This document shows positions 60,767 to 64,000 of a stretch of DNA of 64,000 nt, piece after piece; position 1 is the stretch's first letter; each line of letters begins with the position of its first letter. The translations under genes were made by a program, and so were the position numbers. The notes under the pieces are model-generated. The model worked only from the letters and a program-made list of their open reading frames with translations, made no database searches and had not been told where the DNA came from. The DNA comes from Candidatus Latescibacterota bacterium (GTDB lineage: Bacteria; Latescibacterota; UBA2968; GCA-2709665). The DNA lies in contig CBDDDZ010000005.1 in the NCBI GenBank assembly GCA_965226795.1, forward strand, positions 576,001 to 640,000, in the 5' to 3' direction.

Positions 60767-61960
60767 TCACGTCGAACGTCCCGACAACGCAGCCACGCCC
60801 GGCAACTCTCTCCCTTCCAGGTATTCCAGGAAGGCCCCACCGCCCGTGGAGACATGCCCCAATCGGTCCGCAAGACCGCACGTCGTCAACGCCGCTACCG
60901 TTTCTCCGCCGCCGGCCAGGGTAATGGCGCCTCGTGACGATGCCTCAGCAACGGCGTGCGCCACCGCCTCCGTGCCCGGGGCAAAAGTCGAAATCTCCGA
61001 CACGCCCATCGGTCCGTTCCACACCACGGATCCGGCGTTCAGAATCTCTTCCGAGAATATCGCCCGCGTGTCGGGCCCTATGTCGAATCCCTCCAGGTCC
61101 GCCGGCATTCCGTCTCTTGGCACAATCCGTGACGACGCGCCTTCCCGCGGCTGGGCCGCGACCACGCAGTCGGTTGGCAGCAGCAGCCGGACCTTTTCGG
61201 CAGCCGCGCGCTGCAGCAGGACTTCCGCCATCCCCACGCGGTCCTCCTCAAGCAGCGACCGGCCGATCTCCAGCCCCATCGCCTTGAAGAACGTGTACGC
61301 CATACCGCCGCCAATCAGGAGCGCATCGACGAGGGTCAGCAAATGCTGGATGACGTCGATTTTTCCCGATATCTTTGCGCCGCCCATAACCGCAACGAAC
61401 GGCCTGACCGGCGCCGACAATGCTTCTTCCAGAGAATCCAGTTCCCGCTGCATCAGGAACCCGGCGGCACATTCCACGAAATGATGCGTCACGCCCTCCG
61501 TAGACGCGTGCGCACGGTGTGCCGTTCCAAATGCGTCGTTCACGTAGGCCGAACCCAATTCACAGAGTTGGCGGGCGAATTCGGGATTGTTCGCCTCTTC
61601 CGCCGCGTGAAACCTTAAATTTTCCAGCAGGACCACGCCGTCAGCGTGTTTTGCGAGCGCCTCCACCTCCGGACCCACGCAATCCGGCGCCAATATGATC
61701 TCACGCCCCATCAATTCGCCCAGGCGTTCAGCTACGGGCTTCAACGAAAGCTCGGGTATAGCGCGTCCGTTGGGCCTGCCGAGGTGCGACATCAGGATCG
61801 GAACGCCTCCGTGCTCCAGAATGTATCTGACGGTGGGCACAGCGGCACGGATCCGCGTGTCGTCCCCGATCTCGCCGTTCTGGAGCGGCACATTGAAATC
61901 CACCCGTACCAGCACCCGCCGTCCATCAAGCTCCAGATCCGTAATAGAAAGCTTCCCCAT
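60767..61960 (-). CDS. pgk: Phosphoglycerate kinase
   Basis: RVDFNVP, SHLGRP, NDAFGTAHRAH, WNGPMG, STGGGA. Confidence 0.97.
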   Translation of the reverse strand: MGKLSITDLELDGRRVLVRVDFNVPLQNGEIGDDTRIRAAVPTVRYILEHGGVPILMSHLGRPNGRAIPELSLKPVAERLGELMGREIILAPDCVGPEVEALAKHADGVVLLENLRFHAAEEANNPEFARQLCELGSAYVNDAFGTAHRAHASTEGVTHHFVECAAGFLMQRELDSLEEALSAPVRPFVAVMGGAKISGKIDVIQHLLTLVDALLIGGGMAYTFFKAMGLEIGRSLLEEDRVGMAEVLLQRAAAEKVRLLLPTDCVVAAQPREGASSRIVPRDGMPADLEGFDIGPDTRAIFSEEILNAGSVVWNGPMGVSEISTFAPGTEAVAHAVAEASSRGAITLAGGGETVAALTTCGLADRLGHVSTGGGAFLEYLEGRELPGVAALSGRST

Positions 61961-62032
61961 AATCCGTGTTCCTCAAACCGTCCCGTTGCCGCTGGTTCTC
62001 TGTCCGATAGGCAATTTCGCGCCAGACGACGG

Positions 62033-62653
62033 CTAATTCAGCAGTTCTATCGCTTTCTCCAGGATCACGTCCCTCTCCAACGGTTCGTCAGAAGCGGCGA
62101 CGTGAACGGGAATATCCGGAGGTATGCCCACGGCTTCAAAGAATTCGCGATCGGCGGAAAACCACCAGGACCTTCCCGTCCTGCTGCTGAAGGACGCAAT
62201 GTGGATATAGCCTATCTCGGCGGACATCTGCCCATATGTGAAATTACCATTCCCCGCCGTCTGAAATCCCGAATTCAGATACTCACGTTTAACCAGCGCC
62301 ATATCGAGCGTCTTCAGGGGCTTTCTATTCGCAGAGTTGAAATACGCGAACGGTGTCGTTAGATCGACGTGACCGTCCTTCAGGTGAGCAAGCATGGCGG
62401 ACATGACGTCAAAGAGCGCACGATCGTCCGTGCGTTCCGTAACCTGCGGCGAATAGACGGCATACAGGGCATTCCAATTGATGTTCTTGAATTCGAACAG
62501 GGCATAGTAGCGATCGAAATTCTCCCACAGAATCTGAAAGTTGCTTCGCGGCGTGTCGGCAGGATCGGACCCGACCAGCGTGTTGCCGCAAGACAGCAAC
62601 AGAGGGATACCCAGTATGCCCACAATTCGGAACCGACAATGCAACGCGTTCAC
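62033..62653 (-). pseudogene. S41 family peptidase lipoprotein remnant lacking the catalytic core
   Basis: Lipobox LLSC, NF..LW..FD..Y, LKDGHV, IGYIHIASF, then jumps to EAVGIPPD. The DLRxNxGG and catalytic-Ser segments are absent. Confidence 0.7.
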
Positions 62654-62655
62654 TC

Positions 62656-63409
62656 TCAGAATTGGTACGACAGGCCCGTACGCAGGACGTGAAAGATTGA
62701 GACCGTCGTTAAAGGTTGAACATACCGATGGAAGATAAACCTGTACGCAAGGCGGAGCGCGAAATTAACGGACGGGGTGCGCTCATATTGCGCGGAAAAC
62801 CGAATTCACTGGTAACTGTTCAAGCTGGTTACGACCCCCCCCGGAGAAGTTGTTCACCGCATATCCGTTTCGTAACAGATAGCCCAGAAACGGGGTTGAC
62901 AGAGAGAAGACAACCCTGCGATTTTCAGGGCGCAGCAGCTCACATAAAAGGACCATATTGAGCGTTGAGGCCGCTGTGCCGGTTGGTGTTCCACTCAATG
63001 CCCGGGCGCCAAAGGAATAATCTCTTGCCGAAACCACATTATCCCAGATTCCGCCGAACCAGAATGTCAAACCTGCCCTGGAATCTCCTGACAACGGGCG
63101 CGCATAACCGTATTGGATGAGCCCGTAATAGTGGTCCGCGGAACTTGCCGACGACAAAGGTTTCAATTTACCGGTCATATATGCGACGCGCACCCAATGC
63201 CGATTCTTTGCCCCTCTATAGTCATAAAAGGCCCCAATTGTCCGTTCCGGTCCGCTATAGGACAGGGGCGACGCCAAATCGTCCCGGTTTGTGTAACTTG
63301 ATACGCCAATATCGATACCGATACCGTGTTTTTTTTCGGCGAATACAACGGATGAATGCAAGACCAACAGGCTTGCGACTGCAATACCATGTAACTTCAG
63401 GAAAGGCAC
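62656..63409 (-). pseudogene. Outer-membrane beta-barrel-like protein; frameshift at a G8 tract (62835-62842) plus in-frame TGA (62806-62808)
   Basis: Signal peptide. Removing one G gives VVTSLNSYQ*IRFSAQYE...LRTGLSYQF* ending at 62656 with a barrel-type terminal Phe. Confidence 0.65.
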
Positions 63410-63592
63410 TGGCGCGATTTTCGTTTCCGGGGATTACAGGATAGGGAGCCGTACCGCGCTGGCATCCTTCGAAGTCTGGCTGCCCTATGCCCGCTTGTTG
63501 GGGCGTTCACCCGCAAGCGGCTATCTGATATTCTTTTTCTCAAGCGATTTCAGGCCCCGCCGGATATCGGGCGGCCGACCCCCGTTCGAAGC

Positions 63593-64000
63593 CTACTTGT
63601 GCGCCCATCGGGCTTTATCCAGCGCCTCGACGAGATCCACGCACCGGCAGGAATATCCCCATTCGTTATCGTACCAACCGCACACCTTTACCATATTCCC
63701 GCCCATTACGGTTGTCATTTCCGAATCGAACACGCAGGAGTGGGGGTTGCCGATTATATCCGCCGAGACGAGGGGCTCGTCCGAATACTCCAGAATGCCC
63801 TTCAGACGGCCCTCGGAAGACCCTTTGAACGCTTCGTTAACCGTCTCCGCGGTGGCCGGGCTCCGCAGTGTGGCCACAAAATCCGTATAGGAACCGTCAG
63901 GCACGGGTACGCGCACGGCCATCCCGTCCAACTTGCCGTTCAGCTCGGTAATCACCTTGCCCACGGCGCTGGCCGCTCCGGTGGTCGTAGGGATAATGGA
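63593..64000 (-). CDS. gap: Glyceraldehyde-3-phosphate dehydrogenase (3' part; continues beyond the window)
   Basis: SIIPTTTGAA, GKLDGMAVRVP, WYDNEWGYS. Confidence 0.96.
   Translation of the reverse strand, partial: SIIPTTTGAASAVGKVITELNGKLDGMAVRVPVPDGSYTDFVATLRSPATAETVNEAFKGSSEGRLKGILEYSDEPLVSADIIGNPHSCVFDSEMTTVMGGNMVKVCGWYDNEWGYSCRCVDLVEALDKARWAHK

Overview
GC-rich bacterial chromosomal segment from a diderm organism (TonB, TolC-family and beta-barrel genes). Dockerin/EF-hand-like surface proteins and many catabolic enzymes suggest a Latescibacterota/Gemmatimonadota-like lineage; this is inference only. Left to right: (1) a visibly lower-GC island remnant beside the 3' end of tRNA-Glu, with two peptide-exporter-type ABC genes interrupted by four in-frame TGA codons; (2) tRNA-Val, zinc-ribbon protein, rnhA, RNase P RNA, pyrF; (3) a long + strand run of metabolic genes (PhyH, ABC-F, metallophosphoesterase, C-N hydrolase, two Zn-dehydrogenases, tautomerase, TPR protein, malate dehydrogenase, amidohydrolase, M55 peptidase, DSD1-family PLP enzyme), ending in a chimeric 70-aa 'RLKSLGYL' mini-protein and a sulfotransferase; (4) a candidate structured RNA between two terminators; (5) frameshifted dockerin-like surface proteins and a dense palindromic-repeat mosaic; (6) a sigma54-type promoter with tandem TGT-N11-ACA sites driving a lipoprotein/LpoB/beta-barrel operon; (7) HD and HNH genes and a BNR/sialidase-like gene; (8) BlaI, M56::DUF4837-like and TonB, divergent from a TetR-RND efflux operon; (9) assorted enzymes and transporters; (10) gap-pgk-tpiA-secG-tRNA-Leu, with two decayed genes inserted between gap and pgk. 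Many accessory genes appear decayed (nonsense codons, homopolymer frameshifts, internal deletions). No CRISPR array, integrase or intact transposase was seen. All family assignments come from motif recognition by eye, not database searches.
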